Below are positions 12,347 through 25,164 of a stretch of 64,000 nt of DNA, one piece after another. Position numbers and translations under genes: made by a program. The stretch lies in the NCBI GenBank assembly GCA_951406725.2, contig OX597824.1, forward strand, positions 83,824,001 through 83,888,000, given 5' to 3'. The notes under the pieces were generated by a model. That model saw nothing but the letters and a program-made list of their open reading frames with translations. It made no database searches and had not been told where the DNA came from. Each line of letters begins with the position of its first letter. The stretch's first letter is position 1. Source of the stretch: Octopus vulgaris (taxonomy: Eukaryota).

Positions 12347-12774
12347 GTTTGTTTGATGTTCTTTTCAATTCTAGCTTCTTTGTAGGAATTCAGATCAGTA
12401 TAGGCTGTTTACCATTCCGGCATCATTCTCTATCATAGAGTATGGCTGTATTTCGTTTCTGTTTGTTTCACCTTATCCTTTTCTTTTTTCGTTTCATCTT
12501 TTATTTTTTATTCGCTTCACGCATTGAAGTGTGGTCATGTTGGGGCACCGCCTTTAAAGGTCTTAGCTGAAGAAATTAACCCCAGTACTTATTCTATTGA
12601 TCTCTTTTGCCAAACTGCTAAGTTATGGAGATGTAAACAAACACCAGTTGCCAAGTAGTGGGGGAGCACAAAGACACACACACACACACACACACAGGCA
12701 TATGCACATATATTTATGTGTGTATAATATGTATGTGCATATATATCTGTGTGTGTGTGCGGGTGCATATACTT

Positions 12775-13155
12775 TTATTCTTTTACTTGTTTCAGTCATT
12801 TGACTGTGGCCATGCTGGAGCATTGCCTATAGTCGAACAAATCGCCCCCAAGACTTGTTCTTTGTAAGCTTGTACTTATTCTGTCAGTATCTTTTGCCGA
12901 ACTGCTAAGTTACGGGGACATAAACACATCAACATTTGTTGTCAAGCGATGAAGCAGGGACACACACACGAATATATAGATATATAGATGTATATATACA
13001 AAGGGCTTCTTTCAGCTTCCATCTACCAAATCCACTCACCAAGCTTTGGCCAGCACAAAGCTATAGTAGAAGACACTTGCCCAAGGTACCATGCAGTGGG
13101 ACTGAACTCTGAACCATGTGTTAGGGAAGCAAGCTTCTTACCACATAGCCCCACA
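12775..13155 (-). mobile_element. CORE-type tRNA SINE (octopus OR2-like)
   Basis: Reverse complement of the 22557 and 63099 family; CORE-like ccttgggcaagtgtctt. Confidence 0.75.
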
Positions 13156-13480
13156 CACACATTAATTAGGTATAAATACATATATATACATACATATATG
13201 TATAATTCTTGCTTTTTTGTTCTTGTTTTCGTTCTTGTATACATTCATTTGCTTTTCCCAGAAGCTTAATGCTCTGGTGCTTGCTGGATTTGAGTGGTCT
13301 CAGGGGTTAAAAAGTGCGAAACTGCTATGACTTTCCAGACACTGACTGACAAGGAAATCGGCTGTGAATGGTCCATGTATCTTGCTTCCACCCAGTTTCC
13401 CATTTGTTATGTATGTTGTTTTTTGTTGGATTTCCACTTGTATTCTTTTTGCTCTACCCTTTATATATATATATATATAT

Positions 13481-14372
13481 AACAGGTTGCTTGACCGTGT
13501 GTGTAGCCCCACTTGTGGAAAATAGAAATAAGCATTCTTGACTGCTATTTCTACTTTTTCGGTATGCAGTCAAGCAACCTGTTGCCTGTCCCTTTTTCTT
13601 ATACACAATATATATACTGAACTTTACCGTTAATCGGCTATATTTACATACCAAATTCTACCAGTAAATAATTGTGGTCTTTTTTTAAAAACCATTATAG
13701 AAATTATTTACTCTTATTATTATATTACTAATTGGATTTTTCACTCCCTTACGACAACCCAATAGTTCCTACTCCTATGGAACTATTTTTGTAGTGCGCA
13801 TGGCAAAATTTTGGAGGGAAGATTTACGAATTCAAACGTCTATATAGGTTTAGCCTTTGCTCGCTTTCTTCAAATATTTTGATGTCGCATGGTCAGAAGG
13901 TTTGAGGTATGTAGCATTTGATAAATCTATGATAAATCTATTTCAATGGAAAGCTGTGCTGAAGACGGATGTGAAATATATATGCAATATATATGAAATA
14001 TATGTCAAAAGTATATATGAAATATATATTCAATATGTTTATAATCCAGAAACATGATGTTCACAGATAACCACTAGATTTCGTTTTCGATATCTATTCC
14101 TTCTGTTTTGCATATGTGAATTGCAGGGTTTGTCGTGTGTGGAGCCCCACTTGTGGAAAATAGAAATAAGCATTCTTGACTGCTATTTCTACTTTATCGG
14201 TATGCGGTCAAGCAACCTGTTGCCTGTCCCTTTTTCTTATATACAATATATATACTGAACTTTACAGAAGTTCCTACCGTTAATCGGCTATATTTACATA
14301 CCGAATTCTACCAGTAAATAATTGTGGTCTTTTTTTAAAAACCATTATAGAAATTATTTACTCTTATTATTA
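13481..14372. repeat. Unclassified element with about 225-bp direct terminal repeats
   Basis: 13496-13722 is repeated at 14134-14372; flanked by (TA)n. Confidence 0.7.
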
Positions 14373-15319
14373 CATATATATATCCAGCAAGCACCAGAGC
14401 ATTAAGTTTCTGGGAAAAGCGAATGAATATATACAAGGACGAAAAGAAGAACAAAAAAGCAAGAATTATATGTATACAACAGATGAACACCTTTTGGCTA
14501 CACAGCAAAATGAAAATAACTGTATATTTATATATAAATAAATAACAGAAAAGGTCTTTCGACTATCAGACAAATGTAATGTGATAAAATAATAATAAAA
14601 GTGCAACAGAAAAAGAATTATAGACATACAATAGACAATTGCCTTTTGGCTATACAATAAAATTTAAATAATTGTACAATTACAACTTATATAAATAAAT
14701 AAAATAAAGGGTCTTTTGACTATCAGATGAACATTGGCTGGTACAAAGGAAATTATTTTTTGCTGCACATAGTGTTGCATTAAATAATGAGCCAAAAAAC
14801 ATATAATAAATGCACAAACAAACGGGAAACAGACTTAGATGGATGCCAACTCCTCATCAGTTATTGGGTCAGTGAGTCAATTGCAATTTCGTGCCTAACC
14901 AATAATATTGCATCTCTTCTGGTGGGGCCAGTGGCACATGCTGCCGGGAATTGGCAGGCCAAAATGACAAACAAGACAGGAAATGTACAGGAATGCAATA
15001 CAGAAAGTTAACATGGAATAAATGTACCCCAAAACGAGACAATTAGGGGGAGTATGAGGGTCAGAGAAGAAAACAAACAGGACCCTATAACTTAGCAGTT
15101 CACCAAAAGACACTGATAGAATTAAGTACTAGGCTTACAAGGAATAAGTTCTGGGATCGATTTCTTTGACTAAATCCTTTTAAGGATGTTCCAGCATGGC
15201 CATAGTCAAATGATTGAAGCAAGTAAAAGAATAAAAGAAAAAGGAGTAAAATCTGTAGAGATAAACTTAACAAGTGATTTAATAGCACTGCTAACACAGT
15301 AGAACACTATATTGATTTA

Positions 15320-15520
15320 CTCTTTTACTTGTTTCAGTCATTTGACTATGGCCATGCTGGAGCACTGCCTTTAGTCGAGCAAATCGACCCCAGGACTTAT
15401 TCTTTGTAAGCCTAGTACTTATTCTATTGGTCTCTTTTACCGAACTGCTAAGTTACAGTGGTGTAAACACAACAGCATCAGTTGTTAAGCGATGTTGGAG
15501 GGACAAACAGAGACACACAA

Positions 15521-15573
<53 letters not shown>

Positions 15574-15740
15574 CACATATACGACGAGCTTCTTTCAGTT
15601 TCCGTCTACCAAATCCACTCACAAGGCTTAGGTCAACCCGAGGCTATAGTAGAAGTCACTTCCCCAAGGTGCCATGCAGTGGGACTGAACCTGGAACCAT
15701 GTGGCTGGTAAGCAAGCTATTTACCACACAGCCACTCCTA
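15320..15740 (-). mobile_element. CORE-type tRNA SINE, full length
   Basis: Reverse complement of ggagtggctgtgtggtaa..ggttcagtcccactgc..ccttggg..gactgaaacaagtaaaaga. Confidence 0.8.
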
Positions 15741-15911
15741 TGCTTATACTTATAACAATTAAGCCTAAGACTTATAAAGCATTTAATATACTTTGTAGTA
15801 TGTCATGATTGCATAATGAAATATGGATCCCCTGTGAGTCATTAATAATGAATGGTGCTTCCAGCTGTGAACATCATGTCCTTTTATTGAGATATAGAGT
15901 ATTTAGGACTA

Positions 15912-16400
15912 TCATCATCATCATCATCATCGTTTAACGTCCGTTCTCCATGCTAGCATGGGTTGGACGGTTCGACTGGGGATCTGGGAAGCCAGAAGGC
16001 TGCACCAGGCTCCGGTCTTATCTGGCAATGTTTCTACAGCTGGATGCCCTTCCTAACGCCAACCACTCCGTGAGTGTAGTGGGTGCTTTTTACGTGCCAC
16101 CTGCACAGGTGCCAGGCGAGGCTGGCATCGGCCACGGTCGGATTGGTGCATTTTACATGCCACCTGCACGGAAGCCAGTCGAGGCGGCACTGGCTTCGGC
16201 CACGATTCAGATGGTGCTTTTTACGTGCCACCGACACGGAAGCCAGTCCAGGCGGCGCTGGCATTAGCCACGATTCGGATAGTGCTTTTTACGTATCTCC
16301 AGTCCAGGGGTTCTGGCATCTGCCGGGTGCCAGTCATAGGATTGGTTCAATTTCAATTCCGATTTCACTTGCCCCAACAGGTATTCGCAAGCAAAGGGGG
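15912..16400 (-). mobile_element. RTE 3'-UTR-derived repeat (truncated LINE or SINE-like)
   Basis: Homologous to 5900-6288; (CAT)n tail; motif ggatgcccttcctaacgccaaccactcc. Further copies near 2020-2250, 6790-7070, 24015-24190, 26360-26638, 36255-36505, 37360-37690, 42946-43420, 47822-48200, 49088-49385. Confidence 0.85.
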
Positions 16401-17394
16401 GACTATGTTACCTAAAATATCTGTCTTTCCTTATTTCAGACAGTTGAATAGATCCACTAAATCCTTCAGGGTAGCAGCTCCCACAGCATTGCTACAGTTC
16501 AATGACTGAAACAAGCAAAATAATAAAAGAATAATAGTGGTGGTGGACACATTCTACTGAGAAAACATGCTCTTGCAATGAGCCATTTGTTAGCTATTTC
16601 TTTCTGAACAATGTTCTTGAAGTGCAGATAGTAAAAGAGAGCAGAACAATGATTAGTGTTTATCTCTTCAGTTAGTGGGTTTTTTTTGGGGGTGGGTGGG
16701 AGTTGTAATTGTTATAGTACAGGTCTTGCTGCTGTAGAAAAGATCTGTTTCAATACAGCCTGTGTACAATCTTTGAAAATTGGCATTTTATAACTCTATT
16801 ACTGGCTGAACAATTCCAATAAAATTTGTGTTCGGCTTCCCATTCTGATGGATATCTTTGTTTAAAATCAATTCCACTGTCTGACTTGTAGCTGTAAGGT
16901 AGCAAGAGATCAGGAATCTAAGAGTCAAACATTTTGGCTTCTTTGATTATCGTTGTTGTTGTTGCTGCTGTTGCAGTTATTATTATTATTATTGTTATTT
17001 ATTTATTTATTTATCTTATCCTTTGATATTGTCCTCAGTGTCTTGGGTCCTTGCGAACAATAAAAAGAAAATCATCATCATCATCATCATCATCGTCATC
17101 ATCATCGTCATCAACATTATCATCATTAAGGTGGTGATCTGGCAGAACCAGTAGCATGCCAGACAAAATGCTTTAGCAGCATTTCTTCTGGCTCCTAACA
17201 TTCTGAGTTCCAATTCCAATGAGGTTGACTTCGTTTTTCATCCTTTTGGGATCACTAAGATAAGTACCAGTTGAGTAATCAGGTCAATGTAATTGATTAG
17301 ATCCCTCCTCCAAAATTTCAGGCTTGTGCCTAAAATATAACGGATTATTATTATTATTATTATTATTATTTTTTTTTTCTTCTTCTTCTTTCAA

Positions 17395-17774
17395 ATTTGC
17401 TTCCATTTCTTGCCGAGCGTCTTCCCGACTCCTAGGGCAAAGAAACTCATAGTATACATTGGTAGGCCATTAAGCCAAACTCAATAGTTCGTTCATTTAA
17501 AAAATTTTTTTTTTAAGGTTAAATTAAAATACATGGGCAGTAACAGCTCTCACAGCGACAATGCTCTTCTCAATACATGTAATGTACCAGTTAAGACAAT
17601 CTTTTGCACTTCTTGCAGGGATGGTAAGCCAGGGATCATTCTCATATAATTTTCGGTTCCCTTCTTGATCATTCCTAGTGCTCCTACGATCACTGGTATT
17701 GTAACCGCCTTGAGATGCCACATTTTCTCAATTTCTATGAGCAGGTCTTTATATTTTCTGAGCTTCTCAAACTC

Positions 17775-17775
<1 letters not shown>
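17395..17775 (-). mobile_element. R4/Dong-like (restriction-like endonuclease) LINE 3' fragment
   Basis: Minus strand reads EFEKLRKYKDLLIEIEKMWHLKAVTIPVIVGALGMIKKGT..VQKIVLTGTLHVLRRALSL*; flanked by (ATT)n. Confidence 0.85.
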
Positions 17776-17860
<85 letters not shown>

Positions 17861-18087
17861 TTAATTTTAATTTTTATTATTATTACCATCATTAAGGTGG
17901 CGAGCTGGCAGAATCGTTAGTGTGCTGGATGATATGCTTAGCGATATTTTGTCTGCTGCTACTTTCTGAGTTCAAATTTCACCCTGTCAAGTACAGGGGC
18001 TGATGATGTCAACTTACCTCTTCTCCCGAAATTTCTGGCTTTGTATCAAAAATTTGAAATTATTATTATCACAATTACCATCATTAT

Positions 18088-18932
18088 TCTTTTTTACTCT
18101 AGGCACAAGGCTCAAAATTTTGGGGGAAGGGGCCAGTCAATAAGATTGGCCCCAGTACACAACTGGTACTTCATTTATCGACCCCGAAAGGATGAAAGGC
18201 AGAGTTGACCTCAGCGGAATTTGAACTCAGAACATAAAGACAGACGAAATACCGCTAAGCATTTCATCTGGCATGCTAACGCTTCTGCCAGCTCGCTGCC
18301 TTAGAACAACTCTAGGCACAAGACCTGAAGTTTTTGGGAAGTGGGCCAGTCGATTAGATCAACTCCAGTGCGCAACTGGTACTTAAGTTATCGACCCCAA
18401 AAGGATGAAAGGCAAAGTCGACTTCGGCAGAATTTGAACTCAGAACGTAAAGACAGACGAAATACCTATTTCTTTACTACCCACAAGGGGCTAAACACAG
18501 AGAGGACAAACAAGGACAGACTAACGGATTAAGTCGATTATATTGACCCCAGTGCGTAACTGGTATTTATTTAATCGACCCCGAAAGGATGAAAGGCAAA
18601 GTCACCCTCGGCAGAATTTGAACTCAGAACGTAGTGGCAGACGAAATATGGCTATGCATTTCGCCTGGCATGCTAACGTTTCTGCCAGCTCGCCACCTTA
18701 GAACAGTTATGAATATTCTTTTCTACTCTAGGCACAAGACCTGAAGTTTTGGGGAAGTGGGCCAGTCAATTAGATCGACCCCCGGTATGCAACTGGTACT
18801 TAAATTATCAACCCCAAGAGGATGAAAGGCAAAGTCGACTTTGGTGGAATTTGAACTCAGAACATAAAGACAGACGAAATACCTCTAAGCATTTCGCCCA
18901 GCATGCTAATGTTTCTGCCAGCTCGCCACCTT
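18088..18932 (-). mobile_element. Tandem cluster of Nin-like SINEs (three heads, four bodies)
   Basis: Repeated ctggtactt..tcgacccc..aaggatgaaaggc..gaatttgaactcagaac..ctgccagctcgcc. Confidence 0.8.
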
Positions 18933-18990
18933 ACAATTACCATCATTATTGTCCCATTCTTATTGTTTCTCTTTTTTTTCTCTCTTTCAG

Positions 18991-19185
18991 CTGGTGCGTC
19001 CTGCAGCCCAGGCTGGAAACAAATCCGAAGAACTCAGTCTGCTAGCACTGTTTGCATTCTTTGTCAACCGTTGTCGATTGAATCTTCACATAATTATTGC
19101 GTTCAGCCCAATTGGTGATGCCTTCCGTAACCGCTTACGCCAATTTCCTTCCCTCATTAACTGCTGCACAATTGACTGGTTCCAG
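18991..19185 (+). CDS. DNAH12: Dynein heavy chain exon 4 (AAA4)
   Basis: tctttcag|CTG ... CAG|gtatgc; LVRPAAQAGNKSEELSLLALFAFFVNRCRLNLHIIIAFSPIGDAFRNRLRQFPSLINCCTIDWFQ. Confidence 0.95.
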
Positions 19186-19779
19186 GTATGCACTTTGTAT
19201 AGTTCATCAATATATACATTGTTAATTGCATATGTGTGCAAACACACACACACACACACACATTCATACAAGCATAAACTCACACAATGTTACTCACCTA
19301 AACACTAACAGTCTGACACACACACACACTCACAAATACACATTCACACTCGCACTCATACACTCACACACATGCACAAACTCACATACACAGATTCAAA
19401 CATACATTCACACTTACACGCACACACAAATTCACAAAGACACATTCACACTCACACATACACTCACACACAAACTCACTTACTCACATACACACACACA
19501 CTCACACATACATACATTTACACACACACAGCTCATACACACACACTCACACATATATACATATGTACTCACACACTATCACGTACACTCACACGCATAC
19601 TGGATGGTGGTGATGGTTCTATGTGTATGTGTGTGTGAGTGTAGGTGCAAGTGTGTGAGCACATATGTATATATGTGTGTGAATGTATGTATTTGTGAGT
19701 GTATGTACGTGTGTGTGTGTGTGTGTGAGGTGAGTATGTATGCCTGTATGAATGTGAGTATATGTGGTTATAGTGATGG

Positions 19780-21080
19780 TAGTGGTTGTGGTAATGGTGA
19801 CAGTAGGGGGTATTAGCTGGAGTAATGATGATAGCAGTGATGGCCGTAGTGGTGACAGTGGTAGCAGTTATGGTGGTCAGTGATGGTTGTTGCACTGATG
19901 GTGGTAGTGGTGATGGTCATAGTGGTGAAAGTCATATTGGTTATGGTGGTAGCAGTGATGGTAGTTGTGGTGATGATAGTTGTGATGTTGGTGGTGGTGG
20001 TGGTGGCGGTCGTCGTCATTGTTGTCATAGTAGTGATGGTCATAAAAGTGATGGTGGTAGTGATTACAGTAGAAGCGGTAATGGTGGTAGTGCTGGTTGT
20101 GGTTGCTTTGATGGTGGTAGCAGCGATGGTAGTAGTGCTGATAGTGGTAGTTGTGATGGTGGCAGCGGTGATGGTGGCAGCTGTGATGGTGGTAGCAGTG
20201 ATGGTGGTGGTGATTGTGGTGGTAGCAGTGGCGGTGGTGGTGGTAGCAGTAATGGTTGTAGTGTTGATGGTCGAGGTGGTCGTTGTGGTGGTAGTGGTAG
20301 CAGTGATGGTTGTAGTGATGATGGTCGAGGTGGTGGTGGTGGCAGTGATGGTTGTAGTGTTGATGGTCGAGGTGGTCATTGTGGTGGTAGTGGTAGCAGT
20401 GATGGTTGTAGTGATGATGGTCGAGGTGGTGGTGGTGGCAGTGATGGTTGTAGTGTTGATGGTCAAGGTGGTCATTGTGGTGGTAGTGGTAGCAGTGATG
20501 GTTGTAGTGATGATGGTCGAGGTGGTGGTGGTGGCAGTGATGGTTGTAGTGATGATGGTCGAGGTGGTGGTGGTAGCAGTAATGGTTGTAGTGTTGATGG
20601 TCGAGGTGGTCGTTGTGGTGGTAGTGGTAGCAGTGATGGTTGTAGTGATGATGGTCGAGGTGGTGGTGGTGGCAGTGATGGTTGTAGTGATGATGGTCAA
20701 GGTGGTCATTGTGGTGGTAGTGGTAGCAGTGATGGTTGTAGTGTTGATGGTCGAGGTGGTCATTGTGGTGGTAGTGGTAGCAGTGATGGTTGTAGTGTTG
20801 ATGGTCGAGGTGGTCGTTGTGGTGGTAGTGGTAGCAGTGATGGTTGTAGTGATGATGGTCGAGGTGGTGGTGGTGGCAGTGATGGTTGTAGTGATGATGG
20901 TCGAGGTGGTGGTGGTGGTGGTCGTCATTGTTGTCATAGTGGTGATAATCCTAAAAGTGATGCTGGTGGTAGCAGTAACAGTAGTTGTAGTGTCAGTGGT
21001 AGCAATGATGGTGGTAGTGCTGGTTGTGGTTGTGGTGATAGTAGTCACAGTGATGGTTGTGGTGCAGGTTGATGGTGGCT
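19780..21080. repeat. GGT/GAT/AGT triplet-based low-complexity tract with higher-order 33-bp and 48-bp units
   Basis: Recurrent gcagtgatggttgtagtg(a/t)tgatggtcgaggtggt; source of the poly-T/V/GS ORFs. Confidence 0.9.
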
Positions 21081-22378
21081 GGTGTTGTTGTCACAGTGTT
21101 TGTTGGCATTAGTGAGACCAATTGTTTCAGAATAAACCAAAAGAGATAATCTTTGTCATTTAGAAATACAATGGCATTGTTTCTCATAGAATTTTCCAGA
21201 ATTCCTAAACATCAAAACCAAGATGGGAATGAAACAGATGCTATGTTTATTCACATGCAGACAAATTTACAGATTTAACATGGTCCGGCAGGGTGGGGGA
21301 TGCTGGAGGGATGATGAAATTTTTGTGGGGTGGTTCTGAACTAATATCTAACTAAGCCATCAACAAAAAAGAAAATTAATAAAAATACCATAAACAAGAA
21401 AAAAAAATGCAAAAATAACAAATAGCATCCCCCTCTTTTCTCCATCCTCCACCACCACCACCACAGTAAATACAAAGCAAAACTTCTTATTTCTCTACTT
21501 TCACTTTCATTATCTCTCCCTTTCTCTTCTCTTCCTACCTTTCTTTCTTTCTTTCTTTCTTTCTCCCTTCTCACTGTTTCTGTCTCCTTTCTCCTCTCTT
21601 TTTCATTCCTTTCGTCTTTCACCTTTCTCTCTCTTTCTCATTTTTCTCTCTGTCTCTTTCCATCTCTCTCCTTACCCCTCTTTCCCTCTGCTCTTCCTTT
21701 CTCTCTCTTTTTCATCACTCTCTCTCTCATCCCTCTCCTTTTCTCTCTCTCTCTTCTCTATCTCTCCCTCCCTTTTTCTCTTTCTTTCTGTCTCTCCTTC
21801 CATCTCTTTCCCAACATCTCTTTCCTCTCTATACCTCTCACGTTGTTCTCTCTCTCCCTCCATCTCCTTATCCCTCTGTCTCTTTCCCCTCTCTCTTACT
21901 CTCCTTTTCCCCTCTTTCCCTCTCCCTCTCTCTTTCTTGATTTTTTCCTCTCTGTTCCTATCTTTCTCCTTACCCCTCTCTCTTTCCTATCTCACTCCCT
22001 CCATTTCTCTCTTTCCTCTCCTTTTCTCTCTCTCTCCATCCATCACAGACCAAAACCCGATCTGAGAAGCAATTGTAATTCTACCTAAACTAGTTGTAAA
22101 AGTTGACAAAATGATGCAAACATAGTTCTATTGAATGTTTCTTTTAATTTTTTTCTTTGTTAAATACAAAATGAATGTTTTTTTTTCACTCCATTGTTTA
22201 TATTTCTTTTTCCTTGAGGCAATTTCTTTCGAGGAATAAAAAAAACTATAGTGCTGTAAAATATAGAAAAACTCTAAAGCTGACAGATTTTGACAAAAGA
22301 AACCTGCAGACAACTAACACAACATACTTGCAAGTTGTCGTACGCTTTTTCACTATGTATATATATATATATATATAT

Positions 22379-22480
22379 ACTTCAAAGTTTTGACCAGCTA
22401 AGCCATTGTTGAACTATTATATATATATATATATATATATAATAGTTCAACAATGGCTTAGCTGGTCAAAACTTTGAAGT
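22379..22480. repeat. Perfect 102-bp palindrome centred on (AT)n
   Basis: 40-bp arm acttcaaagttttgaccagctaagccattgttgaactatt and its exact reverse complement. Confidence 0.95.
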
Positions 22481-22556
22481 CACTATCAATAATATTCTTG
22501 TATAAGACTTGTAAATTTGTGCTCTACAAAAGTATAAAGTAACTCTTCAGATTAAT

Positions 22557-22945
22557 GGCAGAAGTGGCTGTTTGGTAAGTAGCTTGCTTACCAACCTCAT
22601 GGTTCCGGGTTCATTCCCACTGTGTTGCACCTTGGGCAAGTGTCTTCTACTATAGCCTTGGGCCGACCAAAGCCTTGTGTGTGGATTTGGTAGACGGAAA
22701 CTGAAAGAAGCCCGTCGTATATATATATGTGTGTTTGTGTCTGTGTGTGTGTGTGTGTCCGAACATCGCTTGACAACCTATGCTGGGTGTTTATGTCCCC
22801 GTAACTTAGCGGTTCGGCAAAAAGAGACTGATAGAATAAGTACTAGGCTTACAAAAGAATAAGTCCTGGGGTCGATTTGCTTGACTAAAGGCGGTGCTCC
22901 AGCATGGCCGCAGTCAAAGTGACTGAAACAAGTAAAAGAGAATAA
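22557..22945 (+). mobile_element. CORE-type tRNA SINE, full length
   Basis: A/B-box-like head, ccttgggcaagtgtctt, internal (TG)n, tail gactgaaacaagtaaaaga; further copies near 23600-23985, 39050-39485, 57232-57390, 62630-62780. Confidence 0.8.
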
Positions 22946-23254
22946 TTGAATATAAAAACAAACGTTAATATATAATGAACTCTCCCGTCGTTAGACAACG
23001 TATGAGGGTTCGACAGTTTCTTACATAACAACCACACAGATGATTTGTTTATAGTGTTCAAATGCGTGTGTAGATATGAACTCATTCCCTCCATCAAATT
23101 GATATTACCTGTTCAGATGCAACTGGGTGCCACATGCCAGATGGCGAAATGATTGCAGAGCGAAGTGAAATGAAGTGCTTTGCTCTAGAGCACAGCACAA
23201 CACCCGGTCCAGGAACTGAGCCCATGATCTTGCAATCATGAGTGCAACACCCTA

Positions 23255-23359
23255 ACCACATAGCCATGCACCACATAGCCATGCACCACATAGCCATGCA
23301 CCACATAGCCATGCACCACATAGCCATGCACCACATAGCCATGCACCACATAGCCATAC
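23255..23359. repeat. 15-bp tandem repeat, 7 copies (accacatagccatgc)
   Basis: Direct reading; lies between a minus-strand SINE head and a plus-strand Nin-like SINE. Confidence 0.95.
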
Positions 23360-25030
23360 AAGGCGGCGAGCTGGCAGACTCGTTAGCACGCCGGGCGAAA
23401 TGCGTAGCCGTATTTCGTCTGCCGTTACGTTCTGAGTTCAGATTCCGCCGAGGTCGACTTTGCCTTTCATCCTTTCGGGGTCGATAAACTAAGTACCAGT
23501 TACGCCCTGGGGTTGATGTAATCGACATAATCCGTTTGTCCCCTCTGTTTTTAGCCCCTTGTGGGCAGTAGTGAAATACATAACCATGCACCTTCACAAA
23601 CGTTGGAGTGGCTGTGTGGTAAGTAGCTTGCTTACCAACCACATGGTTCCAGGTTCAGTCCCACTGCGTGGCACCTTGGGCAAGTGTCTTCTACCATAGC
23701 CTTGGGCTGACCAAATCCTTATTAGTGGATTTGGTGGATGGAAACTGAAAGAAGCCCGTTGTATATATGAGTGTGTGTGTGTATGTATTTGTGTGTCTGT
23801 GTTTGTCCCCCCACCATCACTTGACAACCAATGTTGGTGTGTTTATATCCCTGTAACTTAGCAGTTCGGCAAAAGAGATCGATAAAATAAGTACTAGGCT
23901 TATAAAGGATAAGTCCTGGGGTCGGTTTGTTTGACGAAAGGTAGTGCTCCAGCATGGCCGCAGTCAAATGACTGAAACAAATAAAATATATTCATATATG
24001 TATATATGTATGTATGCACGTAAAAAGCACCCACTACACTCACGGAGTGGTTGGCGTTAGGAAGGGCATCCAGCCGTAGAAACACTGACAGATCAGACTG
24101 GGCCTGTTGCGGCCTTCTGGCTTCACAGACCCCATTTGAACCGTCCAACCCATGCTAGCATGGAAAGCGGACGCTAAATGATGATGATGATACACACATA
24201 CATACATACATATACATATGTAGATATTTATATACATACACACACACACATGCATATATATATGTATATGTCAGTGGTGTATAATGGTTGTTATATTGAG
24301 TGTGCCATTTATCAGCTTTTTCACTACTTCCTTTGCTATTCATTTATCGCTCCTTCCTTTCTCATTCATATGAGGCTCTTTTTGCCATTTTGTTTCGTCT
24401 TTCTCATTTTCATTACTTTCTCTCACTCCCTCTCAGTTATGGCTATTACTCTCACTACTTCTCCTTCACTGTATTAGTATTTTATCTCCTCTCCCTTTAC
24501 CTCTCACTCAATATATATATATTTGGATTATTTTTCCATTTGTGAGCAGTCGGGTTCACTTTTAGCATTCTCATTTCAGATGTTCTCATTTTAAAACTCA
24601 TCTCTTGCTAATTGTTGAGAGGACATTAGTGTTGCCTTGGCAGAGGTTTATACTCCCTGTATGCTCTTATTTTAATTATTTTCTTCAATCAAAATAAATG
24701 AGTTTCAAGGCAATCAAGACAAAATTGCTGAGAGACATTTCTTCCAGCTATTTACATCCCAAGTTCAAATTCCACTAAGGTCAACTTTGTCTTTTCTCCT
24801 TTTGGGTCAATAAAATAAGTACCAGTTGAACACTCACTGAGGCTGATGTAATCAACTTACCCCATTGCCTATAATTGTTGGCCATGTACCAAAATGAGAA
24901 ACCATCATTTTCTTTAATCAGTTCATATTCTTTTCACCAGCAATTTTTAACCTTGTACTTATGGGACAAATTAGTATTTTTGTTGTCATAATGTTTTTTG
25001 TTTTTTTGTTTTCTATTTTCCGTTCTCCAG

Positions 25031-25164
25031 GCTTGGCCCCAAGATGCTCTTGAAAGAGTCGCTATGAAATATCTGCAGGAGGTCAAAATCAGTAAGCCCA
25101 ACCGAATAACCACTGTCCAGATTTGTCAATACTTCCACGAGAGTGCCTGTGTGTTGTCAGAGCA
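25031..25164 (+). CDS. DNAH12: Dynein heavy chain exon 5; absent from the ORF track
   Basis: ttctccag|GCT ... CA|gtaagt; AWPQDALERVAMKYLQEVKISKPNRITTVQICQYFHESACVLSE; phase 2. Confidence 0.92.

Noticed and set aside
13955-13985. CTGAAGA..GAAA hammerhead candidate
   Set aside because: The intervening cggatgt cannot form stem II
14550-14572. Minus-strand gtctgatagtcgaaagacc as an ultra-minimal hammerhead
   Set aside because: Core lacks G8/A9 spacing and stem II; likely chance
19813-21112. 410-aa Thr-, Val- or Gly/Ser-rich ORFs (mucin or structural protein)
   Set aside because: Triplet low-complexity tract inside a dynein intron; no signal peptide or splice support
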